Below are positions 1 through 12,381 of a stretch of 64,000 nucleotides of DNA, in pieces; within the stretch, counting starts at the first letter, position 1; the number at the start of each line of letters is the position of its first letter. The DNA comes from a bacterium. GTDB taxonomy: Bacteria; UBA8248. The stretch covers positions 1,280,001-1,344,000 of the forward strand of contig CBDBEV010000001.1 of assembly GCA_965204535.1 (NCBI GenBank). Direction: 5' to 3'. The notes under the pieces are model-generated. The model was not told where the DNA came from, made no database searches, and was given only the letters and a program-made list of their open reading frames with translations. Position numbers and translations under genes: made by a program.

Positions 1-71
1 CTCGAAGCGGGGCGCTCTGGGCCGGGGATCAGGCGGCGGGCAGGGAAGCATTTCCGGCATTCCGTTTCCCT

Positions 72-371
72 CTAGTGGAGGTCGCCCTCGCGGCCGTAAA
101 GCTTGTGGCGCGGGCGGCCCGCCAGAATCTCCGCCTTTCCCCAGTCCGTAACGGCGCGGAAGGCATCGCTCCTGATGAAGGCCATGAAGTCTTCCTGCGC
201 CTTCCACTCCGAGAGGATGGTGTAGGAATTGGGATTTTTCACCTGTTGATACAAAAGGCTCTGAACGTGGCCGGCCTGCCCTTCGAGGGCGCCTGCCACG
301 GCCTCGAATTTCTCTTCGAATTCCTTCTCCTTGCCCGGCAGCACTTCATAGTACATCCCCACGGTGATCAT
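72..371 (-). CDS. Antibiotic biosynthesis monooxygenase (ABM) family protein
   Basis: 99 aa; pattern 'V.PGKE.EFE..F...GH....LY...NPN.Y.I.SEW....DF..F..S.AF' typical of ABM dimeric alpha/beta barrel; GGAG RBS. Confidence 0.8.
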   Translation of the reverse strand: MITVGMYYEVLPGKEKEFEEKFEAVAGALEGQAGHVQSLLYQQVKNPNSYTILSEWKAQEDFMAFIRSDAFRAVTDWGKAEILAGRPRHKLYGREGDLH

Positions 372-402
372 GTTTCACTCCTTGCGCGACGCCGCTTCGG
401 CG

Positions 403-1269
403 TCATAGATATTCACGTTCCCACGTCTGGATTTCCGAGATGCCAAGGGCGTCGTTGTATTCCTGGAAAGTGGCCATCATTTCGCGCGCCGAGCGCGTGG
501 AGCCTTCCTCTTTCAGAATCCGCAGCACGTCGTTCACCGCTTTCAAATACGTGCAGCGCACGATGCCCGGGTAGATGAGGACGCCGAAGCCGAGTTCTCC
601 GAGTTCATCCACGCTGAGGGCCGCCTCGCGCCTCGATTCATCCAGCGTGGTGACGTGGGGCGGGGGAACCTCGGCCCCGATTTTTCGGAGTTCCTCCTCC
701 GTGCCTTCCACCTCGATGAACGTAAGGTCGGCCCCCGCCTCCTTATAGGCGACGGCCCTGTGGATCGCCTCGTCCAGCCCGTGGTCGGCGGCGGCGTCCG
801 TGCGGGCGAGGATGAGGAAATCTTCGCTTTGTCGTGCATCGAGAGCCGCCTTCAGCTTGCCGAGTTGTTCTTCCAGCGAGATGACGGGAACCGAGCCGGG
901 CAGGAAGCCGCATCTTTTGGGGGTGATCTGATCCTCGATCTGGATGCAGGCGACGCCCGCCGATTCGAGTTCGCGGACGGTGCGGATCATGTTCACGGCG
1001 TTGCCGTAGCCAGTGTCGGCGTCCGCGATGAGGGGAATCGAAGTCGCCTGTACGATGTTCCGGCAAACGTCGGCCACCTCGCGCAGCGTCATGAAGCCTA
1101 CGTCGGGCTTGCCGAGGAGCGCCGCCGAGGCGCCGTTGCCCGTCAGATAGTTCACCTCGAACCCCGCCTGCTCCACCATGCGCGCGCTGAAGGCGTCGAT
1201 GCAGGCGGGAGCGAGCACGGGCCGATTTTCTTCTAATAGCGCCCGGAGGCGCGCACCACGATCGTTCAT
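403..1269 (-). CDS. Isocitrate lyase/PEP mutase family protein (PrpB/DMML-like)
   Basis: DADTGYG, IEDQ..PKRCG, ARTDA motifs; start moved to MNDRG (1269). Confidence 0.88.
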   Translation of the reverse strand: MNDRGARLRALLEENRPVLAPACIDAFSARMVEQAGFEVNYLTGNGASAALLGKPDVGFMTLREVADVCRNIVQATSIPLIADADTGYGNAVNMIRTVRELESAGVACIQIEDQITPKRCGFLPGSVPVISLEEQLGKLKAALDARQSEDFLILARTDAAADHGLDEAIHRAVAYKEAGADLTFIEVEGTEEELRKIGAEVPPPHVTTLDESRREAALSVDELGELGFGVLIYPGIVRCTYLKAVNDVLRILKEEGSTRSAREMMATFQEYNDALGISEIQTWEREYL

Positions 1270-1412
1270 GGCGTTATCCCTCGAATAAGTGGAGAGCAAG
1301 TTATTCGGAAGTTCTCCCACCACCGGCCCCGTGTCAAGCGAGCCTTGTGTTCCGCGTGATCCCGGGGTTAGAGTAGTCCTTGCCTCCACGAGAAACACAA
1401 GGTTCATATTCC

Positions 1413-2189
1413 ATGCCGATAAAACGCTCTCCTCGAACCGAGCCCGAAGAGATGGCGGCCCTCGCCCGCGCCGTCGAGCGTTCGCTGGCGGAAGGCGGAA
1501 GAGGTCTCCATCACCTCAACACGCCGCTGGGTCGCGCTAGTTACCTGCGCAAAGCGGATATCGTGAAAAACCTGAAACCCGACGGCGGCAGGTTGCTGGA
1601 CTGGGGATGCGGCTACGGGCATATGTCTTATTTGCTGAGAAACCGGGATTTCGAGGTCGTTTCCTATACCATCGAGGCGGAAGAACCCTCTCCTTCGAAC
1701 TCCTTTCTCCGTGAACAAGACCTCGATGTCGTTTACGGTGAGGACTCCGTTCGGCTTCCCTTCGGGGATGAATCGTTCGACCTCGTTTTGTCCTGCGGCG
1801 TTTTGGAACACGTCGAAGACGAGAGCGGATCGCTCGCAGAAATTCGGCGCATTTTGCGTCCCGGGGGACTGTTCGTCGTGATGATGCTTCCCAACGTGTG
1901 GAGTTATGCGGAATTCATGGCGAGAAACGTCTTCCGCGCAAGTGATCACGACCGGCGCTATACCATGGAAACGATGTGTCGACTCCTTGCCGGGTTCGGT
2001 TTCCGGGCGGTCGAGACGTGGTACTCGAATATCCTGCCGAAGAATTTCACCCCTTTGCCGGAAAGACTCAGGCAATCGCTCGGAGCGCATCCGCATATAT
2101 GGCTCAGGGTCGAGGCCGGGCTCTCCAAAATTCCTCCCGTTTCCTGGTTCGGCGGGGTCGTTGAAGGCGTTTTTGTGCGCTTATCATGA
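1413..2189 (+). CDS. Class I SAM-dependent methyltransferase
   Basis: LLDWGCGYG motif I; LPF.DESFDLV...VLEHV; RILRPGG. Confidence 0.88.
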   Translation: MPIKRSPRTEPEEMAALARAVERSLAEGGRGLHHLNTPLGRASYLRKADIVKNLKPDGGRLLDWGCGYGHMSYLLRNRDFEVVSYTIEAEEPSPSNSFLREQDLDVVYGEDSVRLPFGDESFDLVLSCGVLEHVEDESGSLAEIRRILRPGGLFVVMMLPNVWSYAEFMARNVFRASDHDRRYTMETMCRLLAGFGFRAVETWYSNILPKNFTPLPERLRQSLGAHPHIWLRVEAGLSKIPPVSWFGGVVEGVFVRLS

Positions 2190-2436
2190 GGATAGATGGA
2201 AAGGCGGGCCCGGCCCATGGAAAGCGAGCCATCGTGGGTGGAAGTCTTGATAGCCTGAAAGATGCCGCATGCGTCTTGCACTTTTCCTGAGAGGCCGCTT
2301 TACTGGAATACCTGCGCTCATGGGACCCACCAATTTTCTGGGATGAGAGTAAACGGAAATTCCAGGGTTTCCGAAATATGGCAGCCAGAAAACGGGCATG
2401 ATGCGAGGCATGCGCTATCGACATGGGCGGGTCATC

Positions 2437-3552
2437 ATGCGCGTTTTTATCATTTCCCGTTTCTGCGCGTCGCCGGTTTATCGGGCGAAGATCGCCGCGC
2501 TCGCCCGGCGGCCCGGATTGGAAGTTTCTCTGCTCGTACCTGCGGCGTGGAAAGAAGGCGCGCGGTTGCTCACCTGCCGGGAGGGTGAGGAAGAGGACTA
2601 CCGGATTTTCACCGGCCCCTTGATTTTGAGCGGCAGGGTGGGCGGTCACGTCTACCTCCGGGGACTCTGGAAAGCGCTTCGGGAAGCAAGGCCGAACATC
2701 GTCCACATGGAGGAGGAATCCTACAGCTTCGCCGCGGCACAGGTGTTGCTTTGCCTGTCTATGCTCAGGACGCTTCCGAAATTCATGGTCAACAACTCGG
2801 AGAATTTCGATATCGCTCTCCCCTGGCGCTCCCGTAAGATCGAAAAGGTCGTTTTTCGCCGCGCGGACGCGCTTTTGGTCTTTGCCCGTACCGCCCGGGA
2901 GAGGCTGTTGCGCATCGGCGCACCGCCGCAAAAAGTGCGAGCGCTGCCCCAGTTCGGGCTGGACCCGGAGCTTTTCCGCGCCCCCGAACCGGGTGAGCGC
3001 GGGGATGTGTTCAGCGTCGGGTACCTCGGGAGGCTCGTTCATGCGAAAGGAGTCGACGTTCTCCTGAGAGCGCTTGCCGGCCTTTCGGGGGAGTGGAAAG
3101 CGCAGATCGTAGGGGATGGGGATGAGCGTGAGACGCTCGATCGGCTGGCGCGCGCGCTCGGGATCGGGAAGCGGGTGGAATTCGTCGGCTGGGTCGATCC
3201 CTCCGACGTTCCCGGATATTTGCGGGGGTGGCATGCGCTGGCGCTTCCATCGAGGACGACGGCGCACTGGAGAGAGCAGTTCGGCCGGGTGCTGATCGAG
3301 GCGATGGGTTGCGGCGTGGTTCCCGTGGGAGCGGCCACGGGCGAAATCCCGCACGTCATCGGTTCGGAGGGGTTCGTATTTCCAGAAGATGATGCGGAAG
3401 CTCTCCAGGAAATTCTTCAGAAACTGCAAAACGAACCCCGAGCGCGCGAACGACTGGCGGATGCGGGCCGCAAAAGAGCGCTCGAAGAATTCACCTGGGA
3501 TGTGCTGGCCGGGAAGGCCCATCATCTCTATAAAAACATTCTGGCGGGGTGA
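2437..3552 (+). CDS. Glycosyltransferase family 4
   Basis: GYLGRLV..KGVD, EQFGRVLIEAMGCG GT-B motifs. Confidence 0.9.
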   Translation: MRVFIISRFCASPVYRAKIAALARRPGLEVSLLVPAAWKEGARLLTCREGEEEDYRIFTGPLILSGRVGGHVYLRGLWKALREARPNIVHMEEESYSFAAAQVLLCLSMLRTLPKFMVNNSENFDIALPWRSRKIEKVVFRRADALLVFARTARERLLRIGAPPQKVRALPQFGLDPELFRAPEPGERGDVFSVGYLGRLVHAKGVDVLLRALAGLSGEWKAQIVGDGDERETLDRLARALGIGKRVEFVGWVDPSDVPGYLRGWHALALPSRTTAHWREQFGRVLIEAMGCGVVPVGAATGEIPHVIGSEGFVFPEDDAEALQEILQKLQNEPRARERLADAGRKRALEEFTWDVLAGKAHHLYKNILAG

Positions 3553-3669
3553 TGCGAGCGGGGTGCATATGTCGCGGGAGTAGCGTGTAGGAGAGGAATT
3601 TCCGCCGAGGGGCGAAGCGCGCTATATTCTGTGGTATCTGTTGGATTGAAATTTTTTTGAGAGCGCACG

Positions 3670-4977
3670 ATGAACAAGTCGGAAAACGCAGGAATGCGCG
3701 AATCGCCCCATGACGTGGCGCATTTTATCGATGAGGCTCGCTTGCGCGTGCCTCCCAGAACCGCCGCGCCCTCGATGAGAGAGGCGCTCAGGCCGGAGCG
3801 GGGCCGCATACTTCCCGTTTTCGAGCGCAGCTATCACTATAAGAGATTTCCGGCGAGATGGGCGTTTCGTGCGGTCGACCTGCTGGGGGAGACTTTTTTT
3901 CGCAAGACGAGAGAACGGCCTACGGCAATTCGCCGCGTTCTTTTGGTGCGCCCCGACCATATCGGCGACGTCATCTGCACGCTGCCCGCAATCCGTGCGA
4001 TCCGCGACAGCCTGCCGGACGCGCAAATCGACCTCCTGATTCGCTCATCGGCCCGTTCTTTGTTCCGGGATGTTGACGAAGAGTTGGCGGGGGTGGATTT
4101 CCTCGTTTTCAATGCGTCCTGGCGCGACAGGCCGAAGAGGAAGAAATTCGGCTTTCACTCGCTGCGCCGTCTGAGGCGGCTGCTGAGGCTCAGAGCCGAG
4201 GAAATCGACGGGCCTTACGATCTGGCGGTGGATTTTGCGGGCGATTTTCAGTCGATCATTGCGGCCAGGCTCGCCGGCGTGCGCTATCTGGTCGGGCGGG
4301 GCATCAGGGGATTCGGCTTCGGTCTTGACGCGGAGGCCGAGGAGTTCCCCAAACGTCACCAGGTAGAGTTCAATTTAGACATGCTCGAATATGCGGGGCT
4401 GGGTCCGTTCGAGACGAAAAACCCCGCGCTGACGCTTTCTGAAGAAGAACTGGCCGAGGGACGCGCGTGCATCGCCTCGCTGACGGAGGACCCTTCGGGA
4501 TCTTTCATCGGGATTCATCCGGGAGCCGGGGGAGTGGAAAGAATCTGGAGTCCGCAACTATATGGGGAGTTGATCAGCCGGGTCGTCTCCACGCTTCCCG
4601 TCCGGGTCCTGTTGCTGGGCGGGCCGGATGATCGGCAGGTCGTCGATGAGACACTCAAATCCATGAAGGGTGTTCGCGTGCGGGGCACCATTATTGACAT
4701 GTGCGAGAAAGTTCAGCATCTCCGTTCACTCATGGGGGTGATGAAGGCCTGCCGCTTGTTCATCGGCAACGACTCGGGTCCCACCCATATCGCCGCGGCG
4801 CTCGGCCTTCCCGTGATTTGCATCTTCCAGGGCCCGGCCGAGCCGAGCGTATGGGGGCCGCGCGGCCCGAATGTGTTGGTGTTGCGAAAAAGTCCCTCTT
4901 CTACAGGCGATACCCACAAGGACAAAGAGAATCAGGAACTCGAGCGCGTCTACGAGGCGGTGAAGAGATGCGTATAG
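3670..4977 (+). CDS. Glycosyltransferase family 9 (LPS heptosyltransferase-like)
   Basis: RPDHIGDV, IHPGAG, GNDSGPTHIAAALG motifs; start uncertain. Confidence 0.88.
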   Translation: MNKSENAGMRESPHDVAHFIDEARLRVPPRTAAPSMREALRPERGRILPVFERSYHYKRFPARWAFRAVDLLGETFFRKTRERPTAIRRVLLVRPDHIGDVICTLPAIRAIRDSLPDAQIDLLIRSSARSLFRDVDEELAGVDFLVFNASWRDRPKRKKFGFHSLRRLRRLLRLRAEEIDGPYDLAVDFAGDFQSIIAARLAGVRYLVGRGIRGFGFGLDAEAEEFPKRHQVEFNLDMLEYAGLGPFETKNPALTLSEEELAEGRACIASLTEDPSGSFIGIHPGAGGVERIWSPQLYGELISRVVSTLPVRVLLLGGPDDRQVVDETLKSMKGVRVRGTIIDMCEKVQHLRSLMGVMKACRLFIGNDSGPTHIAAALGLPVICIFQGPAEPSVWGPRGPNVLVLRKSPSSTGDTHKDKENQELERVYEAVKRCV

Positions 4978-6098
4978 GCGTTGACGCCCGGATGATATCG
5001 ATGGGCGGCATCGGCACCTATTTGCGAACCTTACTCGCCGGGCTGGACAGGCGCGATGACGATGTGGAATACGTCGTGTTTCTGCAGGAAAGGGACATGG
5101 ATAGCTGCGCGGGTCTGGGTAGTAATTTTAGGCGAGTGGTTTGCGCGGCGGCGCCCTATTCGTTTGCCGAGCAGGTGAAACTACCCCGGCTATTGGGGCG
5201 TGAGCGTCTGGATTTAATACATCATCCGCATTATTTCACGCCTTTTTTCGGCAAGACGCCCATGGTGGCGACGATTCATGACTTGATCCATCAATTGTTC
5301 CCGGCGCTTTGCCCCTCACCGCTGCATTGGCGCGCTTCGAAATGGATGATTGCGAGAACGGCGCGGCGGGCGCGTCTGATCCTCGCCGTTTCCGAACACA
5401 CGAAAAGAGACATCATGGAGCACGTGGGCGTCGCAGATGAAAAGATACGCGTTACGCACAACGCCCTGCCGCCCGGCTGGGAGGATGGGCGCGCGCCCAG
5501 GCCCGAAGCCCTGGAAAAGATCGGTGATGCGCCTTATTTCCTGTATGTGGGAAACCACAAACGGCACAAGAATCTGCATCTGCTGCTTGACGCTTTCGCA
5601 GACCTGTTGCAGGAAACGAGCGGGATTCGCCTCGTCATGACGGGTGAGCGGAAGAGTCTCGAAAGTGTTTTACGCTTTTTGGGACTCGGCGAGGAGGTGG
5701 TGTTTCTGGGACAAATGCCCCAGAAGACGCTGCCGAATGTTTACCGCTCCGCGTTGGCGCTGGTGTTTCCTTCCCATTACGAGGGTTTTGGCTATCCTCC
5801 CCTGGAGGCCATGGCCTGCGGCGCGCCGCCGATCGTGTCGGATGCAGGAGCCTTGCCCGAAGTGGTCGGCGACGCAGGCCTGATCGTTCCGCGGGGGGAT
5901 AAGGACGCCCTGCGAAACGCGATGTTGCGCGTCTTGAGGGAGCCGGACCTTCGGGACAGCCTCGCCGAAAAGTCGAAGGAGCGGGCGCGCTTTTTTCACT
6001 GGGAAAAACTCGCCGCCGAAACGCAGCGCGCCTATCGAGACGCCCTTTTGCATTCGCCCGGGAGGATTCCCGCCTCGCCATCCGTTTTCAGATCGTGA
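4968..6098 (+). CDS. Glycosyltransferase family 4 (mannosyltransferase-like)
   Basis: MRIGVDAR start, TIHDLI, HKNL, FPSHYEGFGYPPLEAMACG. Confidence 0.9.
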   Translation: MRIGVDARMISMGGIGTYLRTLLAGLDRRDDDVEYVVFLQERDMDSCAGLGSNFRRVVCAAAPYSFAEQVKLPRLLGRERLDLIHHPHYFTPFFGKTPMVATIHDLIHQLFPALCPSPLHWRASKWMIARTARRARLILAVSEHTKRDIMEHVGVADEKIRVTHNALPPGWEDGRAPRPEALEKIGDAPYFLYVGNHKRHKNLHLLLDAFADLLQETSGIRLVMTGERKSLESVLRFLGLGEEVVFLGQMPQKTLPNVYRSALALVFPSHYEGFGYPPLEAMACGAPPIVSDAGALPEVVGDAGLIVPRGDKDALRNAMLRVLREPDLRDSLAEKSKERARFFHWEKLAAETQRAYRDALLHSPGRIPASPSVFRS

Positions 6099-6114
6099 GA
6101 TTTCAGGGGCAGAC

Positions 6115-7311
6115 ATGCGGGTAGCGATCGTGCACGATTGGCTCACGGGCATGAGAGGCGGGGAGAAATGCCTCGAGGTATTTTGCGAGATATACCCGGA
6201 GGCGGATATCTTCACGCTGTTTCACCAGCCGGGTTCGGTTTCTGAGGCCATCGAGCGGCACCGCATCCATACCAGCCCCTTGCAGCGGATTCCCGGCGCC
6301 AGGCGGCGCTATCGTTATATGCTTCCCCTCATGCCGACGGCCGTGCGGATGTTCTCCCTCGTTGATTACGATTTCATTCTTTCGAGTTCTCATTGCGTTG
6401 CGAAAGGAGCCAGGGGAAGCTATGAGGCCTACCATCTCAGTTATTGCCATACGCCAATGCGCTACGCCTGGAGCGGTTATGAGGCGTATTTCTCGCGCTT
6501 AGGCGGCGCGGCCAAATGGTTTTTCCCTCACCTCGTCGAGTACCTGAGAAGATGGGACAACGAAGCCAACAGGGGAGTGCATGATTTCATTGCCAACAGC
6601 CATACGGTTGCGGAGCGTATCCGCAACTATTACGGCAGGCAGGCGGAGGTGCTCTACCCGCCGGTGGATACGGAGTTCTACCGCTCCCGAAACGAGCGTA
6701 TATCGGATTACTACCTGATGGTAACGGCGTTCGCACCCTATAAGCGTGTCGATGCGGCAGTCGAGGCCTTCGGGCGGCTGGGCCGCCCGCTCAAGGTGGT
6801 GGGGGAGGGGCAGGATTTCGACCGCATTCGCGCATTGGGAAAACCGAACGTGGAGTTCTTGGGCCATCAGGATGATGAAACCATCCGCGAGCTTTACGCC
6901 GGGTGCCGCGCCTTCATCCTGCCGGGCGAGGAAGACTTCGGCATCACTCCGATCGAGGCGCAGGCGTGCGGCCGTCCGGTTATCGCCCTCGGCGCGGGCG
7001 GCGCGCTCGAGACCGTCGTGGGCGTGAATGCGCAGGAATATGAAGCGCCGCCGGGCTTCATCCCATGGAATGAGACGGGGGATGAGGAAGCTGTGCCTAC
7101 GGGAATGTTTTTCTCCGGTTCGGAGCCGACAGATATCGAAAAAGCCGTCGTGGCGTTCGAGAAAATGGAAGATCAGTTCTCGCCTGAGGCCGCGCGCAGG
7201 CAAGCGGAGCGATTCGCTCGCGAGAATTTCAAGAAAGCGGCAGCGGAGCGTTTTCGGAGGGGTTGGCTGAATCACCGCGAACGCTTGGAAAAATCGGGTG
7301 AAACATACTGA
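6115..7311 (+). CDS. Glycosyltransferase family 4 (WbaZ-like)
   Basis: MRVAIVHDWLTGMRGGEK, YCHTPMRYAW, EDFGITPIEAQACG. Confidence 0.9.
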   Translation: MRVAIVHDWLTGMRGGEKCLEVFCEIYPEADIFTLFHQPGSVSEAIERHRIHTSPLQRIPGARRRYRYMLPLMPTAVRMFSLVDYDFILSSSHCVAKGARGSYEAYHLSYCHTPMRYAWSGYEAYFSRLGGAAKWFFPHLVEYLRRWDNEANRGVHDFIANSHTVAERIRNYYGRQAEVLYPPVDTEFYRSRNERISDYYLMVTAFAPYKRVDAAVEAFGRLGRPLKVVGEGQDFDRIRALGKPNVEFLGHQDDETIRELYAGCRAFILPGEEDFGITPIEAQACGRPVIALGAGGALETVVGVNAQEYEAPPGFIPWNETGDEEAVPTGMFFSGSEPTDIEKAVVAFEKMEDQFSPEAARRQAERFARENFKKAAAERFRRGWLNHRERLEKSGETY

Positions 7312-7339
7312 GCAATAGAGTAGTAGTGATAAGATAAGG

Positions 7340-8788
7340 TTGCTTGACGGCGCCTTGCACGAGGAACTTTTGGCCAGACCCGACAAGGAACATCATGTCG
7401 TGTTGCGCAGATACGGCCAATTGAACGTACTTTTTCTGTTGGGGGGAGACGTCATCGCCCTGATTGCGGCCTGGTTCATGGCGTATTGGCTTCGTTTCGT
7501 CGCGGAGATAGTTCCCGTTCCCTTCGGGTATCCCGATTTCATTGTTTATCTCGCTTCGCTTTTCTTGATATTGCTCATCTGGCTCATCGCTTCGGGCATT
7601 ACGCGTTTGTACCGGTACCGGGCCGGTCTTCATCATACTCAAGAGATCATCCGGCTCACCGGCACGTTTGTCTGGACGGTACTGTTGTTCGCCTTCTTCA
7701 CGTTTTTCTATCGCAAACAAAGCTACAGCCGATTGTTGGTTGTTCTTTTCATTATGCTGGGGCCTGTTTTTCTTTTTTCGGTCCGGCGTCTGGTCTGGTC
7801 CTTCATTCGACACTTGAGGCGTCGGGGCGTGGACATGCGGCGCATCCTCATCGCAGGAACAACGCCTATCGCCCGGAGGGTTGCCGCTCATTTGGAGACG
7901 TATCGATATCTTGGCTTTCAGGTCGTGGGACACCTCTGTGAGGGAGATACCGCAGAAGACGCGCTCCTGCTGGGGAAGTTGGAGGAGGTGCGCGAAATCG
8001 TGGCGCAAGAGAGAATCCATGAAGTATACGTGGCGCTTCCCCCGAGTTCGCGCACCGCGCAGGAGGCGTTGCTGAACACTCTGGCGGACTCGAGCGTCGA
8101 TGTCCGCCTGGTGCCCGATATTGTCGAACACATGCGGCTGAACGCCGGGATCGAGGAACTCGACGGCTTGCCGGTGATCCTGTTGTCACAGACGCCCCTT
8201 TCGGGCTGGAATCGATGGATGAAAGTAGTGGTGGATTATTTTCTGGGGGCTTCGGTCTTGCTCGTTTTGAGTCCGCTCATGGTGGTCATTGCGCTCGTCG
8301 TGAGGTGGACGAGCCGGGGTCCCGTTCTGTATCACCAGGAGAGAATGGGCCTGGACGGCGTGCGGTTTCGCATGTACAAGTTTCGCTCCATGAGGATAGA
8401 TGCGGAAAAGGAATCAGGCGAGGTCTGGACGAGGGAAGACGATGAGCGGCGTACCCGATTCGGCGCTTTCTTGAGAAAGACGAGTCTCGATGAGTTGCCG
8501 CAATTGTTCAATGTGTTGCGCGGTGAAATGAGCCTCGTGGGTCCGAGACCCGAGCGTCCGGTTTTCGTGGAGAAATTCAGATCGTCTGTTCCCGATTACA
8601 TGCTGCGTCACAAGATGAAATCCGGAATAACAGGCTGGGCGCAGGTGAACGGATGGCGCGGAAACACGTCGATAGAAAAAAGGATCGAATTCGATTTACA
8701 CTATATTGAGAACTGGTCCTTGGGTCTTGATGCCAAGATTTTATGGCTCACCCTCTGGAAGGGGCTGATAAACAAAAATGCGTATTAG
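7340..8788 (+). CDS. Undecaprenyl-phosphate glucose phosphotransferase (WcaJ-like priming glycosyltransferase)
   Basis: N-terminal TM helices; KFRSM, SLDELPQLFNVLRGEMSLVGPRPERP, GITGWAQVNG; true start may be GTG ~7400. Confidence 0.92.
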   Translation: MLDGALHEELLARPDKEHHVVLRRYGQLNVLFLLGGDVIALIAAWFMAYWLRFVAEIVPVPFGYPDFIVYLASLFLILLIWLIASGITRLYRYRAGLHHTQEIIRLTGTFVWTVLLFAFFTFFYRKQSYSRLLVVLFIMLGPVFLFSVRRLVWSFIRHLRRRGVDMRRILIAGTTPIARRVAAHLETYRYLGFQVVGHLCEGDTAEDALLLGKLEEVREIVAQERIHEVYVALPPSSRTAQEALLNTLADSSVDVRLVPDIVEHMRLNAGIEELDGLPVILLSQTPLSGWNRWMKVVVDYFLGASVLLVLSPLMVVIALVVRWTSRGPVLYHQERMGLDGVRFRMYKFRSMRIDAEKESGEVWTREDDERRTRFGAFLRKTSLDELPQLFNVLRGEMSLVGPRPERPVFVEKFRSSVPDYMLRHKMKSGITGWAQVNGWRGNTSIEKRIEFDLHYIENWSLGLDAKILWLTLWKGLINKNAY

Positions 8789-8800
8789 ACGGCATGATGG

Positions 8801-11232
<2,432 letters not shown>

Positions 11233-11282
11233 TGCGTCCTTTCGTGCCGTTCATGCGGCATCAGGTCTGGAAAAGATAAAGA

Positions 11283-12116
11283 ATGTCGGAAAAGAAGATA
11301 GTAAAAATCGGGGATGTGGCCTTCGGCGAGCCGGGAGCGATATGCGTCATCGCAGGGCCTTGTGTGATCGAAAGTGAGGAATTAACCAGGCAATGCGCTG
11401 AAAAAGTCAAAGAAGCGACAGAAAAATGCGGTATCGGTGGAGTTTTCAAGGCTTCTTATGACAAAGCGAATCGCAGTTCAGGAAAATCACCACGCGGACC
11501 CGGCATCGAGAAGGGTTTGAAAATACTCGACATGGTGAAACGCGAGACAGGGCTTCCGGTGATGTCGGACGTTCATAGTCCCGAAGAAGCCGAGAGCGCA
11601 GCACATGTGCTGGACGCGCTTCAAATTCCCGCTTTCTTATGTCGCCAGACGGACCTCCTGCATGCCGCGGGAAGAACCGGGAAGCCCGTGAATGTCAAAA
11701 AAGGGCAGTTCATGGCTCCCGAGGACATGAAAAACGTCGTGGGAAAGCTCGAGGAAGTGGGTTGCCGGCAAATACTTCTTACCGAAAGGGGAACCAGCTT
11801 CGGCTACCACAACCTGGTTTCGGACATGCGTTCGCTCGTGAAGATGCGCGAATCGGGATATCCCGTCGTTTTCGATGCGACGCACAGCGTTCAGTCGCCG
11901 GGGGGACTCGGGGAAAGTTCGGGAGGGGACAGGAGCATGGTTCCTCATCTCTCTCGCGCCGCCGCCGCCGTGGGCGTCGACGCATTTTTCATCGAATGTC
12001 ACCCGAGGCCGGATGAGGCATTATCCGATGGCCCCAATATGATGGATATCGAGGCTCTCCATCCTCTTCTCATCTCTTTGCACGCAATAGATTCTGCGCG
12101 TCTCGGCGCGCAATAA
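11283..12116 (+). CDS. kdsA: KDO-8-phosphate synthase
   Basis: IAGPCVIES, KASYDKANRSS, FDATHSVQ. Confidence 0.97.
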   Translation: MSEKKIVKIGDVAFGEPGAICVIAGPCVIESEELTRQCAEKVKEATEKCGIGGVFKASYDKANRSSGKSPRGPGIEKGLKILDMVKRETGLPVMSDVHSPEEAESAAHVLDALQIPAFLCRQTDLLHAAGRTGKPVNVKKGQFMAPEDMKNVVGKLEEVGCRQILLTERGTSFGYHNLVSDMRSLVKMRESGYPVVFDATHSVQSPGGLGESSGGDRSMVPHLSRAAAAVGVDAFFIECHPRPDEALSDGPNMMDIEALHPLLISLHAIDSARLGAQ

Positions 12117-12381
12117 TATTTCAAGAAGTTTGTTCACCATTGCATCATCGGTTTCACTCCTCTTCTTTTCGTTCTGGACTCTGGATCATTCTGGCCGCAG
12201 TGCACTCGGGTCACTGAATTATCAATGGTGGCTGAGGTCGGGAAATTTCAAGTTTTCTTGTGATGGCGGGCCCGGAATTTGGCGTAAAATATGGATTGGT
12301 GCAACTTTTGAACATTTTGGTAAGATATGAGTCATATGGGTTGATTGAAACTTTTCGATCGCGATTTCATGAGAAGAACCC

